The notes: a model not told the origin generated them from the sequence alone. A stretch of 24,214 nucleotides of DNA from a virus (IMGVR_UViG_3300005837_000630:1-24214), one strand, 5' to 3'; numbered from the stretch's first letter, positions 1 to 9,237 are shown. A program made the numbers and translations.

Positions 1-465
1 TCGCTAGAGCATAAAATTAATGGCTCTATTAAGGACATTGCTACTCTTTGTGACGCCTACGACAATCTGAAAGAAAAGCACGGCATTGATGAATGGGATG
101 AAGTTTCTTTTGAAGCTGAAGAGAAGCGGCATCACGTAAGGCGAGCCTTTGAGCTTATGTATCGAAATTTGTTGGATGGGGGTCGAGCCTCAACGTCCAC
201 AATCGAATATATGCAACAATACGGCGTACACCCACAAGTCGGTTTTACTGAAGTGAACGGATATTTGCAGGTTTGTGGTCAACGCATTGCACAAGGTGAA
301 TTGCTACATTCAAACGATCTTGAGGATTTTTTGGATGCAATGGCTGAAAAGTATCACAAAAACGTCGATGCCACTGCCGAAAGGATTTTTGGAAAATCTG
401 ATTTTGTAAATCCAGAGTATATGATGAAGCTCGAAAAGCCAAAAGGGGATGAAAATGTTTCTTAA
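1..465 (+). CDS. Hypothetical helical phage protein, 5'-truncated by the window
   Basis: Frame 1 is open from base 1 (SLEHKINGSIKDIATLCDAYDNLKEKHGIDEWDEVSFEAEEKRHHVRRAFELMYR...) to TAA at 463-465, so the track's Met at 157 is internal. No family recognised. Confidence 0.8.
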   Translation, partial: SLEHKINGSIKDIATLCDAYDNLKEKHGIDEWDEVSFEAEEKRHHVRRAFELMYRNLLDGGRASTSTIEYMQQYGVHPQVGFTEVNGYLQVCGQRIAQGELLHSNDLEDFLDAMAEKYHKNVDATAERIFGKSDFVNPEYMMKLEKPKGDENVS

Positions 466-790
466 GTATAAATTACATAGAACTCCTATGGGAAACACAA
501 CACCACCGTGGGTTGAAAATCCGGGCCATTTTCCTGACCCAGACGATAACACTTACATTGGATACACGCCTGACGAAGCTGATAGAGCGTATTGGGTTCC
601 TGATACCGTCACAAATTATACGCAGTCAGAACTGGTTGATTACGTTCTTGATCTACATTCTCGCTACCCGATGTTAAACGCTCCAGCAGATGGTAGTGGC
701 GTGATTGACCCAGATAATCCACCAAGTGCTATGACGAATGATGAAGTAACAGCATTTGTGAACACTTGGGCGACTGCAGTAAGTTCTTAA
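455..790 (+). CDS. Hypothetical Pro/Asp-rich phage protein
   Basis: Overlaps the upstream stop. The SD-like AAGGGG (443-448) is 6 nt before ATG 455 and directly abuts ATG 449, so 455 is preferred. Confidence 0.75.
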   Translation: MFLKYKLHRTPMGNTTPPWVENPGHFPDPDDNTYIGYTPDEADRAYWVPDTVTNYTQSELVDYVLDLHSRYPMLNAPADGSGVIDPDNPPSAMTNDEVTAFVNTWATAVSS

Positions 791-801
791 AAGGAACCTA
801 A

Positions 802-3771
802 ATGCTCGGCTTTAGCCCCTTATCATCAACAACTCTTGCAGACGATGGACTCTTAATAGTTTCATCGTCTATTAGTTTGTCAGGGGTAAACAGTCAAGGT
901 TCTACAGGTAGTTTAAATCTTACTGTAGTAGACAGTAAAACTTTAACATCTGTTTCTAGTGTAACTGCAGTAGGTTCTGTTTCAACATCTATAGCAGATA
1001 TTCAGTCATTAGTATCTGTATCTAGTTCCACTTCGTTAGGAACTTTATCTTTAACTGTAACGGATTCAGAGACCCTTTCCTCTGTTTCTTCCTCTTCTCA
1101 GATCAACTCTTTAGGAGTACAACTAGAAGATACGCAGTTAGTAACATCTGTATCTATCTCCTCTCAAGTTGGGAATATAGTCACTAATATAATAATCCCA
1201 CTCTCTTCAGCAAATACAACAAGTCAAGTTACATCACTACAAGGAACTAGTGAAGATCAGCAACTTCTAAACTCAGTTTCCTCAAGTTCACAAATAAGTT
1301 CTGTTTCAACAAGTGTTTCAGAGCAAGGTGTTCTAAGCAATGTTTCTTCTGGATCTAGTATTAATAGTCTATCTGTAACAGTCACTGACTTACAGGTACT
1401 AACTTCTACATCTTCTTCAGTACAAGTTAACTCTATTACACCAAAGAGTGGCATAAATTTAACTGGAAACTCTTCTTCAGTTGTTGTAAATTCAGTTAGC
1501 TCGAATGGAACAGCTAACGAAACCCTTTCAACATTAAACTCAACTACACAAGTAGGCTCAATTCAAATTGGCCCTTCAGAACACCTAGTAGCAGTTTCAG
1601 TAACTTTAAGTGTTTCCTCTTTAACACTATCTGCTAGTTCAAATAAAACTGTTGAAGATGTAAACTCTGCTCTTATTTCGGGAGATATGGGCGGTTCAAG
1701 TAGCGTTGAGCTATCCTCAGACTCAAGTGCTTCTGAAATAGGAGTTGTTACTAAAACAGCCTCTAGTAACTCAACACTAGTTAAAGTTACTTCACAAACA
1801 TTTATTGATATATCCGCATCAGGTACTGCCAACACAGACTTATCAACAGTATCTTCATCTACTCAAATACCAAATAGTTTAGATACAGAAGTTGTTACTA
1901 TTGCTTCTACAGTAGGTGTTAATACTACCTCTGAAGTAAATAATGTTTCTGGTATCGAAACTATAAACGCTGATGTTCTCTTAGATACTAAACCTAATTT
2001 ATACTATTCTGGTGATACTTCTGGTGGAGTTGATTATACAAGTTCTACACAGTATCAGAGTTCTACTATTGGAGTCGAACTTTATTTTAAATTAGATTCT
2101 AACTATACTACTGGTCAAACTTGGATATTTGATTCCCAAGGTTCTAAGACAGGTTGGACTAGCCAGAGAATTTATGCTTATTTAAATGGAAACTCTATTA
2201 CCTCTCACGTTAAGTTAGGTAACCAGTTAAGTAGGACAGCAACTAGTACGTTTACTATTAGCCCGTCTGGTGGTATATCTGTAGACACTTGGTACAGATT
2301 ACACGTATATCAGAGTGGTCAACGTCACTATGCTAATCTGTATGACAGTTCTAACAATGTTTTACACAGTCAAAGTCAATTACTAACAATAAGCTATGGA
2401 TCTTACACCTCTGCCTCTTATCAGTTTTTCTTAGATGATTTTACTGTAGGCGGTTATAATGGAAATACTTTCCAAGGCTTAATAAATAACTTTAGCATAA
2501 ACGCTCCTATAAATTTAGCTAGGAGTCTAGTTCTCTATCAACAAACAACACCTACTTGGGCAGCTACTAACAGTTTCACAAATAATGCAACAGCAGCTGA
2601 TACACTTGTTTTTGATAGTCCTTTTGAAGAAGCTCACAAAGTAAATTCTGGTGTAACTGTTTCACCATTATCTTTTTCCGTAGACTCTTCTGTTATTCTT
2701 AACTCGGCTACCTTTACAGGTCAAGTTGGTAATATTGACAGTTTCAACGTAAATTCTAGTATAGATCTTATTAGTGTTGATATTATTGCAGATTTACAAA
2801 CTGTAACTCAAGTTCACTCAAGTAACCCTACAATCATCTCAGTACCTGTACAAACAGATATTGAAGATGTTGATAAAATTTCTACAGTATTTCTTCCAAC
2901 ATCTTTACTAGGGGTTTCTCTAGGAACAGTTGTTGGAAATTTAAGCTTGACTTTAAGTAGTTTATCTTCTAACATAGTTACAGATAATCTTTCAGTTAGC
3001 TCTTCTGTAAATATTAATAGTGTATCATCTCAAGCCTCTATACAAGGTATTTCTACACTTGTAATAGTTGATTTAAATGATGTTTCTTTAAGTGTAGATA
3101 TTAACGACTTAAAAGAAAACTTATCTCTAACTTTATCAACAGCTACCTCTGCATTACAAGCCTCTAGTTTAATAATTGATATTGACGAAATTATTCCCCC
3201 AGCTTTATCTGTATCTTCTCAGGTATCTGTAGGTCAAATTTCTCTAGATGTTTCTGTACCTACAGGTTCTGTATCAGCCTCAATATCTTCTAACAGTTTA
3301 TCTGGTTCTACTCAAGAACCTTTAGATAGCGTAGTCAGTTTATTACAAGCAGGTTCTCTTACTGTAGCTAATAACAGTAGCATAGATATTAGCTCTGTAT
3401 CTACTACTTCACAAGTTGCTCCTACACTTGATGTAAACTCTATTGCTATCATTACAGGTGTAAGCTCTGCTACAGCCTTTAATATTGATTCAGCTTTTAC
3501 AGGTCAAGCAAGTCCTTCTGGAGCTTCGTCTTTACTTGAAGTTGGTGTAGTAATTGTAAATATTACAAAAGTATTGTCTTCTGCAAGCTCTACTTTCAAT
3601 GCATCTGATGAAGTAAAAGGTGTAATAAACGCATCTGTACAACTAACTACCTTACCGTTAGTTACTGTGAACAGAGGTTCTATAACACTATCTACAGATG
3701 GGTTCAACTTTGAAGAGTTTAAAAATGCTTATGACAGAGCAAGAACTGTTTATATTTCGAGGGCTGCTTAA
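802..3771 (+). CDS. Long repetitive virion fibre protein (20-22-aa Ser/Val/Thr repeats) with a central LamG/concanavalin-A-like domain
   Basis: SD AAGGA at about 791-795. MLGFSPL N-terminus, typical of phage fibre-like proteins. Repeats such as LTSVSSVTAVGSVSTSIADIQS and LSSVSSSSQINSLGVQLEDTQL. An aromatic-rich insert at about 1981-2640 has LamG-like motifs (VELYFK, VDTWYRLHV, FTVGG..FQGLINNF). Lies just upstream of the tail genes. Confidence 0.7.
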   Translation: MLGFSPLSSTTLADDGLLIVSSSISLSGVNSQGSTGSLNLTVVDSKTLTSVSSVTAVGSVSTSIADIQSLVSVSSSTSLGTLSLTVTDSETLSSVSSSSQINSLGVQLEDTQLVTSVSISSQVGNIVTNIIIPLSSANTTSQVTSLQGTSEDQQLLNSVSSSSQISSVSTSVSEQGVLSNVSSGSSINSLSVTVTDLQVLTSTSSSVQVNSITPKSGINLTGNSSSVVVNSVSSNGTANETLSTLNSTTQVGSIQIGPSEHLVAVSVTLSVSSLTLSASSNKTVEDVNSALISGDMGGSSSVELSSDSSASEIGVVTKTASSNSTLVKVTSQTFIDISASGTANTDLSTVSSSTQIPNSLDTEVVTIASTVGVNTTSEVNNVSGIETINADVLLDTKPNLYYSGDTSGGVDYTSSTQYQSSTIGVELYFKLDSNYTTGQTWIFDSQGSKTGWTSQRIYAYLNGNSITSHVKLGNQLSRTATSTFTISPSGGISVDTWYRLHVYQSGQRHYANLYDSSNNVLHSQSQLLTISYGSYTSASYQFFLDDFTVGGYNGNTFQGLINNFSINAPINLARSLVLYQQTTPTWAATNSFTNNATAADTLVFDSPFEEAHKVNSGVTVSPLSFSVDSSVILNSATFTGQVGNIDSFNVNSSIDLISVDIIADLQTVTQVHSSNPTIISVPVQTDIEDVDKISTVFLPTSLLGVSLGTVVGNLSLTLSSLSSNIVTDNLSVSSSVNINSVSSQASIQGISTLVIVDLNDVSLSVDINDLKENLSLTLSTATSALQASSLIIDIDEIIPPALSVSSQVSVGQISLDVSVPTGSVSASISSNSLSGSTQEPLDSVVSLLQAGSLTVANNSSIDISSVSTTSQVAPTLDVNSIAIITGVSSATAFNIDSAFTGQASPSGASSLLEVGVVIVNITKVLSSASSTFNASDEVKGVINASVQLTTLPLVTVNRGSITLSTDGFNFEEFKNAYDRARTVYISRAA

Positions 3772-3881
3772 TGTCAAGTACATCTGATGAAAGAACTGTT
3801 ATTATAGTAGAAGAACTTAGAACAGTATTCGTAGAAAAAGATGATACACCTTTTGATAGGTATATCTACATTACTAAGTAA
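3771..3881 (+). CDS. 36-aa peptide MSSTSDERTVIIVEELRTVFVEKDDTPFDRYIYITK (not in the ORF track), probably fibre-associated
   Basis: TAATG stop/start overlap at 3769-3773 and SD GAGGG at 3759-3763. Fills the gap exactly up to the next SD. Repeats the RTVxI motif that ends the upstream fibre. Confidence 0.7.
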   Translation: MSSTSDERTVIIVEELRTVFVEKDDTPFDRYIYITK

Positions 3882-3892
3882 AGGATCATAAA

Positions 3893-4210
3893 ATGGCGTT
3901 TAGATGGCCTAACAAAGACCCAGATGAAACACTTGACTATAGTGTTGATTGGTCACGTTTTCTAGGTGATAAAACAATATCAAGCGTTCAATGGTTTCTT
4001 AGAGATGAGAACCGTGTTATGCAAGAGATCACGGCTGGGCAAACTCTGAATAATATAACTATTACGTCTACGACTAATACTGACACAGTTGCGACAATAT
4101 ATATTGCTGGTGGACTAAACAATGTTGACTACAAGTTTACCTGTCGTATAACTAACAACTTAGCTAATACTGTAGAGAGATCTATTAAAATAAGAATGCG
4201 GGAACAGTAA
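3893..4210 (+). CDS. Phage fibre-tail adaptor-like small beta-rich protein
   Basis: KDPDETLDYSVDW N-terminal motif, then TVATIYIAGG and Y.FTCRIT...ERSIKI, the pattern of podophage fibre-tail adaptor proteins. SD AAGGA at 3881-3885. Confidence 0.65.
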   Translation: MAFRWPNKDPDETLDYSVDWSRFLGDKTISSVQWFLRDENRVMQEITAGQTLNNITITSTTNTDTVATIYIAGGLNNVDYKFTCRITNNLANTVERSIKIRMREQ

Positions 4211-4211
4211 T

Positions 4212-4895
4212 ATGGCATACGACTTTTTAGGTATAGTTAACGACATAAACAGAAGGTCTAATGAGGTAGAGCTTACAACAGCTAACTTTGATACAGTTAC
4301 TGGTTACTATTCTGCCATTAAGGACTCTGTTAACTCCTCAATTAACTTTATAAATCAACACGAATATGAGTGGCCTTTTAATCATTCTGAGGAAGAAGAG
4401 ACACTTACAGCTAACATTGTTAGGTATTCCACTCCCGGGGATGCTAAGACTATTGATTGGGATAGCTTTAGAATAGCTAGAAGTGCTACACTAGGTAATG
4501 AAACAGTTAAATTAAAATTGATTTCATACGAAGAATATCTTGACAAATACGCAGATTACGAGTATAACTCTGAGTTAAAAGGTATGCCACGTTATGTTTT
4601 TCAAACACCTAGTAGAGAGTACGGATTAGTACCTGCTCCAGACAAAGCTTACACTATTTTTTATGAGTATTACAGACTGCCTGTCGATTTAGTTAACTCT
4701 ACTGATGTACCATCTTTACCAGAATACTTTAGACACGTTATTGTAGACGGTGCTATGTACTACTTGTTTATGTTTAAGGGTGATATGCAAGCAGCTAATG
4801 CCTTACAACAAAAGTTTCTTATGGGTATTAAACATTTAAGAAGCACCTTTATAAACAGAACAAACTACGTAAGAGACACTAGAGTACATTACTAA
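4212..4895 (+). CDS. Tail adaptor / tubular protein A-like (functional equivalent of T7 gp11 or P22 gp4)
   Basis: 227 aa with W-P-F, G.PRY, P.PDKAY.I..EYY and D.P.LPE.F..VIV.GA motifs typical of podophage adaptor proteins. Sits immediately before the nozzle gene. Confidence 0.7.
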   Translation: MAYDFLGIVNDINRRSNEVELTTANFDTVTGYYSAIKDSVNSSINFINQHEYEWPFNHSEEEETLTANIVRYSTPGDAKTIDWDSFRIARSATLGNETVKLKLISYEEYLDKYADYEYNSELKGMPRYVFQTPSREYGLVPAPDKAYTIFYEYYRLPVDLVNSTDVPSLPEYFRHVIVDGAMYYLFMFKGDMQAANALQQKFLMGIKHLRSTFINRTNYVRDTRVHY

Positions 4896-6436
4896 TGGCT
4901 ATACAGTATCAAACATTTCCTATAGAATTTAAAGGGGGGCTTATTTCAAACCTAAGCCCTCTTCAACAGGGTGTAAATGCTTTAGGTTCAGCTACTATTT
5001 TAGAGAACTTTGAACCATCTACAAGTGGTGGATATTCTAAAATAAAAGGTTTTGCTAAGTTTGACACTACAGTTCTACCGGGGTCAGGTGATGTTTTACT
5101 TACTAAGGTCTTAGGTCTTAACTTTGTTTTGGCAGCTAGGGCTGATGGCGGTGTTACTAAATACTACGAAAGTCAAGGAAGTGGATGGACTTTAAGAGGA
5201 ACCGCTGCTTCTTTAGGACAAAGAGTTCGTTTTGTTGATGTTGTTTTAGGTGGTAAAAAGAAAACTATATTAGTGGATGGAGTTAACTTTCCAGCTATTT
5301 ATAATGACACTGATGACACCTTTACTTTTTTGTCAGCTTCTAACTCTCCAGACATAGCTGCATCATCAGATGTAGAGTTCTTTAAAAACCATTTTTTCTT
5401 TGCTAGTGGTGCTAATCTCGTATTCAGCGCCCCCTTTGACGAAACAGATTTTTCTGCAGCCAATGGTGCTGGTAGTCTTTCTTTAGGTTCTGAAATAGAG
5501 GGCTTAAAAGTATTTAGAGATCAGCTTATAATTTTTACTAAAAGGTCTATACATAAGCTTGTCGGTAATAGTGTTTCAGATTTTAATCTGTCTCCTATAA
5601 CACTAGATATTGGTTGTACTGCAAAAGAAACCATCCAAGAAGTTGGTGGAGATATTATGTACCTATCTTCTGATGGGATTAGGTTATTATCTGCTACTGA
5701 TAGAATTGGTGATTTCGGTTTAGCTGTAGCATCTGCTCCTATTAAAAAAGATACGGAGTATTTCCTAAAGCTTGCTAATAACTTCTCTTCTTTAGTTATA
5801 AGAGAAAAAGCTCAGTATAGAATATTTGGTTATAACGCAGCTACTCCCTCAGACTTATCACCCGGTTTACTCGCAACAAAGTTTTCGGCTCAAGGCGCAG
5901 ATTCTATAGCTTGGGCTACATTAAGGGGAATGAAGGTAAATGTATCTGACAGTTTAATTACTGGGAACTCTGAAACTATTGTGTTTGGTAATGACTCAGG
6001 CTACGTTTATAAAATGGAGTTTGGATCTAATTTTGACTCTGAGAACATAAGGTGTGTTTATGAATCTCCTTATATGCCTATTCAAGATCCTCAAATAAGG
6101 AAAACTTTTTACAGAGTTACTACCTATTTAGAACCAACAGCCACACTTAGTCTAGATATAAACTTATCATATGATTTTGCTGGTCAAGGAAAAGGTACTA
6201 CGATTGACCCCCCTACAAGTACTCTTATAAGTGCAACGGGTGCAGTATCTTTATATGGCGCTCCGACTTCTATTTACAATACATCTACTTATGGAAGTTT
6301 TGCTGATAGAGTTTATGAAACATTTGCACTAGGTAGTGGTAAGACGGTTTCCATTAGGTATGAAGATGACTCTACTAACCCAACATTTAAATTAGACACT
6401 GCAGTGTTAGAATTTAGAACTAACGAAAGACAGTAA
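4895..6436 (+). CDS. Tail nozzle / tubular protein B-like beta-propeller (P22 gp10-like)
   Basis: 513 aa, beta-rich. F.GGL N-terminus, FKNHFFFA, I.GLKVFRDQLIIF, IGC....IQEVGGDIMYLS.DGIR. TAATG-coupled to the adaptor gene. Confidence 0.7.
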   Translation: MAIQYQTFPIEFKGGLISNLSPLQQGVNALGSATILENFEPSTSGGYSKIKGFAKFDTTVLPGSGDVLLTKVLGLNFVLAARADGGVTKYYESQGSGWTLRGTAASLGQRVRFVDVVLGGKKKTILVDGVNFPAIYNDTDDTFTFLSASNSPDIAASSDVEFFKNHFFFASGANLVFSAPFDETDFSAANGAGSLSLGSEIEGLKVFRDQLIIFTKRSIHKLVGNSVSDFNLSPITLDIGCTAKETIQEVGGDIMYLSSDGIRLLSATDRIGDFGLAVASAPIKKDTEYFLKLANNFSSLVIREKAQYRIFGYNAATPSDLSPGLLATKFSAQGADSIAWATLRGMKVNVSDSLITGNSETIVFGNDSGYVYKMEFGSNFDSENIRCVYESPYMPIQDPQIRKTFYRVTTYLEPTATLSLDINLSYDFAGQGKGTTIDPPTSTLISATGAVSLYGAPTSIYNTSTYGSFADRVYETFALGSGKTVSIRYEDDSTNPTFKLDTAVLEFRTNERQ

Positions 6437-6448
6437 GGACAAACTAAA

Positions 6449-8464
6449 ATGGCAGGATATACAAGACAAGATACTACAGGTCAGATAGCTAATGGCGAAG
6501 CTATTGATGCTGATGACATTAACGCTGAGTTTAATGCTGTTCAAACTGCTTTCACTGGTGCATCTGGTCATAATCACGATCCTAGTTCTTCTGACTCAGG
6601 AGCGCCTATTGAGAAGGTTGGCCCTGCAGGACAAATTACGGTAAACTCAACTCAAGTATTACCTAATGGTGATAACACTATAGATCTTGGTGGTTCAGCG
6701 TCTAGTGCCAGATTTAAAAATGGTAGATTTGGTTCTACTGTCTCAGCGGCTACTCTTGATGGGGATACTGTAGTAGCTGGTAGTAGTGGTTATATGACCC
6801 TTACAGATAACGAGATAGATGTTTCATCAGGTAATCTTCTTGTAGATGTCGCTGGAGATATGACTGTAGATGTAGCTGGTGGTAACATTCTTTTAAAAGA
6901 TGCGGGTGTTGACTTTGGTAGTTTAAATAACGCATCTGGTAATATGACAATTAAGTCAGGTACTACAGATGCACTTCAGTTTACTGGTGCTAATGCTGAC
7001 TTTCAAGGTACTCTAGATGTAACACTTGCTGCAACTTTAGATAGTGATCTAACTGTTGCTGGTAACGTATCTTTTAGCAATGCTACTGACAGTGGTTCGT
7101 TTACTGTAACACCCCCTTCTACTTTTACAGGTACAGTAACAGGTAATGGTGGTTTCTCAGGACTACTAACGGGTAACGTAAAGGGTGACGTAGTAGCTAC
7201 AGATGGAACTGTAGTTCTTCAGAATGGTACTGATGGGTCAGATGCTGCACTAACTGGTACAGTCTCAAGTCTATCTAATCACGACACTGATAATTTATCA
7301 GAAGGTTCCACTAATCTTTACTATACGTCTAGTAGAGCAGATAGTGCAGCAAAAGGTGCTATCTCTGTTACAGATGATGGCGGTGACGGTTCTCTAGCTT
7401 ACGACAGTAGTACAGGTGTTATTACTTACACAGGGCCAAGTGCTACAGATACTAGAGCGCATTTCAGTGGTGGAACTGGTGTATCTATTACTAATGGAGA
7501 GGTTGCGATTGGTCAGGCAGTAGGTACAACTGATAATGTAACTTTTAATAATCTCACAGTAGACGGTGATCTTACTGTAGGTGGTACTACAACAACAGTA
7601 AATAGTACAACTGTAACTGTAGATGATCCTATTTTCACACTAGGTGGGGATACTGTACCTACTGCAGATGATAACAAAGATCGTGGTATTGAGTTTCGCT
7701 GGCATAATGGAACCGCTGCTAAACTAGGTTTTTTTGGTTTTGACGATAGTACTGGTAAGTTTACCTTTATACCTGAAGCAACAAACAGTAGTGAAGTTTT
7801 TACTGGCACTGCAGGTACTGTTGTTGCATCTACTTTTGAAGGTAACGTATCTGGGCAAAGTATGACCAGCTCTAGTGATATAACATTAGATGCTGATAGC
7901 GGTAATTTTTATTTTGCAGATGATGGTAATACAAAATTAACATTTGTTGTTGATGGTGGTAGCGGTCAAACAATTAGTTCAACTAACGGTCTTGTAATAC
8001 AAGGTGGAAACGCTAGTAATGAGTCACTTACTTTAACAACTTCTGGTAGGATGAACTTAAATGCCTCTGGAGCAGCCTTTGGTAATCAAGCAGGAATTGC
8101 CTTACAAGGCACTGGCGCTCAAAGGGGTGTTATTGACCTTAGTAATACAGAACAAATAGGTTTTAGGGTAGGTACAGGAAATACACCTAGCGAAGAACTT
8201 AGACTTACGACAGATGGCGTAGGTGTACTTGGTGGATTACGTGTTGGTGATACAACCGCTCCTACTGATAATGATATACACGCTGTAGCTGATATAAGTG
8301 CAGGAGGATCCTTTAAACTTACAGATGGTGCTTCAGACTGGTCGTTTGCAGTAGATTCAAGTAATAACCTTGTTATCAAGTATGGTACTGATACTGTATT
8401 TAAACTAACCACTACAGGCGCTCTTACTGTACAAAATAATATAACTGCTTATGGCAATCCTTAA
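6449..8464 (+). CDS. Tail fibre/needle protein
   Basis: MAGYTRQ..IDADDINAEFN..GHNHD anchor-type N-terminus and a G/T/S/D-rich body. Modules TDNLSEGSTNLYYT and LTVGGTTTTVNSTTVTVDD..DRGIEF..GFFGFDDS. Ends NITAYGNP. SD AAGGA at 6435-6439. Confidence 0.75.
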   Translation: MAGYTRQDTTGQIANGEAIDADDINAEFNAVQTAFTGASGHNHDPSSSDSGAPIEKVGPAGQITVNSTQVLPNGDNTIDLGGSASSARFKNGRFGSTVSAATLDGDTVVAGSSGYMTLTDNEIDVSSGNLLVDVAGDMTVDVAGGNILLKDAGVDFGSLNNASGNMTIKSGTTDALQFTGANADFQGTLDVTLAATLDSDLTVAGNVSFSNATDSGSFTVTPPSTFTGTVTGNGGFSGLLTGNVKGDVVATDGTVVLQNGTDGSDAALTGTVSSLSNHDTDNLSEGSTNLYYTSSRADSAAKGAISVTDDGGDGSLAYDSSTGVITYTGPSATDTRAHFSGGTGVSITNGEVAIGQAVGTTDNVTFNNLTVDGDLTVGGTTTTVNSTTVTVDDPIFTLGGDTVPTADDNKDRGIEFRWHNGTAAKLGFFGFDDSTGKFTFIPEATNSSEVFTGTAGTVVASTFEGNVSGQSMTSSSDITLDADSGNFYFADDGNTKLTFVVDGGSGQTISSTNGLVIQGGNASNESLTLTTSGRMNLNASGAAFGNQAGIALQGTGAQRGVIDLSNTEQIGFRVGTGNTPSEELRLTTDGVGVLGGLRVGDTTAPTDNDIHAVADISAGGSFKLTDGASDWSFAVDSSNNLVIKYGTDTVFKLTTTGALTVQNNITAYGNP

Positions 8465-8475
8465 AGGACTAAGTA

Positions 8476-9237
8476 ATGGCATTACCTTCATCAGGAGCTA
8501 TCTCTCTTAATCAGATGCACGTAGAGGCAGCTGGATCGGGCGCAAGTGGAACTACTGTTTCACTTAATGATTCTGATATAAGGGGTTTAATTGGTAAAGG
8601 TTCTGCTACAGGTATGAACTTCGCTGAATGGTATGGTAGTGACTCAGTTGAGTCTGTTTCCTACGATGTTATCGGCGGCGGCGGTGGCGGTGGCAGCGGT
8701 ATGAATAACGGCGCTGGTACTGGCGGTGAAGTTGATGGCGGTAATGGCGGTAACAGTACTTTTACTATTACTCACTCAGGTGCAACTATTTTAGGAAGAA
8801 CTTCTACTGGTGGCACAGGTGGCGCTGCAAGCTCTCTCAACCATAGCGGTGATAGTAGTGGTGAGGCTAGTGCATTTGGTGCTGGTGGCGCTGACTCCAA
8901 TAAGGAACAAAACGGATTTGCTGCTCCTGCAACATCGTATGGCGCAGGTGGCGGTGGCGGTGGAGGCCGTAGACAAACAAACTTCTTCGGTCAAGTATAC
9001 AACACAGACCCCGCTGGTGCTGGGGGTTCTGCGGCAGACAGAAACCAAGGTACTTCCTCAGTTAATATCTATACAGGATCAGTATTAACTATTGTAGTAG
9101 GCGCTAAAGGTACTGGTGGTGTTGATCCCAACGGTGGTACAACTGGTGCTAATGGTGCTACTGGAAGAGTTTCTATTACTGTAGGTGGGTCAACTTACAC
9201 TTATACTAACCCCGGAACATATACGGTAAACTTATAA
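8476..9237 (+). CDS. Glycine-rich putative fibre-tip adhesin / receptor-binding protein
   Basis: MALPSSGAISL...IRGL...MNFAEWYG N-terminal module, then many GGGGG and GxGG motifs (VIGGGGGGG, YGAGGGGGG, IVVGAKGTGG, GANGATGRVSI). Directly follows the tail fibre and has SD AAGGA. Confidence 0.6.
   Translation: MALPSSGAISLNQMHVEAAGSGASGTTVSLNDSDIRGLIGKGSATGMNFAEWYGSDSVESVSYDVIGGGGGGGSGMNNGAGTGGEVDGGNGGNSTFTITHSGATILGRTSTGGTGGAASSLNHSGDSSGEASAFGAGGADSNKEQNGFAAPATSYGAGGGGGGGRRQTNFFGQVYNTDPAGAGGSAADRNQGTSSVNIYTGSVLTIVVGAKGTGGVDPNGGTTGANGATGRVSITVGGSTYTYTNPGTYTVNL

Noticed and set aside
3715-3773. Programmed -1 frameshift fusing the fibre to the 36-aa peptide
   Set aside because: The -1 frame has TGA at 3732-3734, after the TTTAAAAA run, and no canonical slippery heptamer lies between there and the stop. 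SD plus TAATG coupling is simpler.
8674-8700. (GGC/GGT)n tract as a contingency microsatellite
   Set aside because: It is an in-frame, interrupted run of Gly codons explained by the protein sequence.
802-9237. Diversity-generating retroelement or invertible cassette acting on the fibres
   Set aside because: No reverse transcriptase, recombinase, TR/VR pair or flanking inverted repeats were seen in this window.
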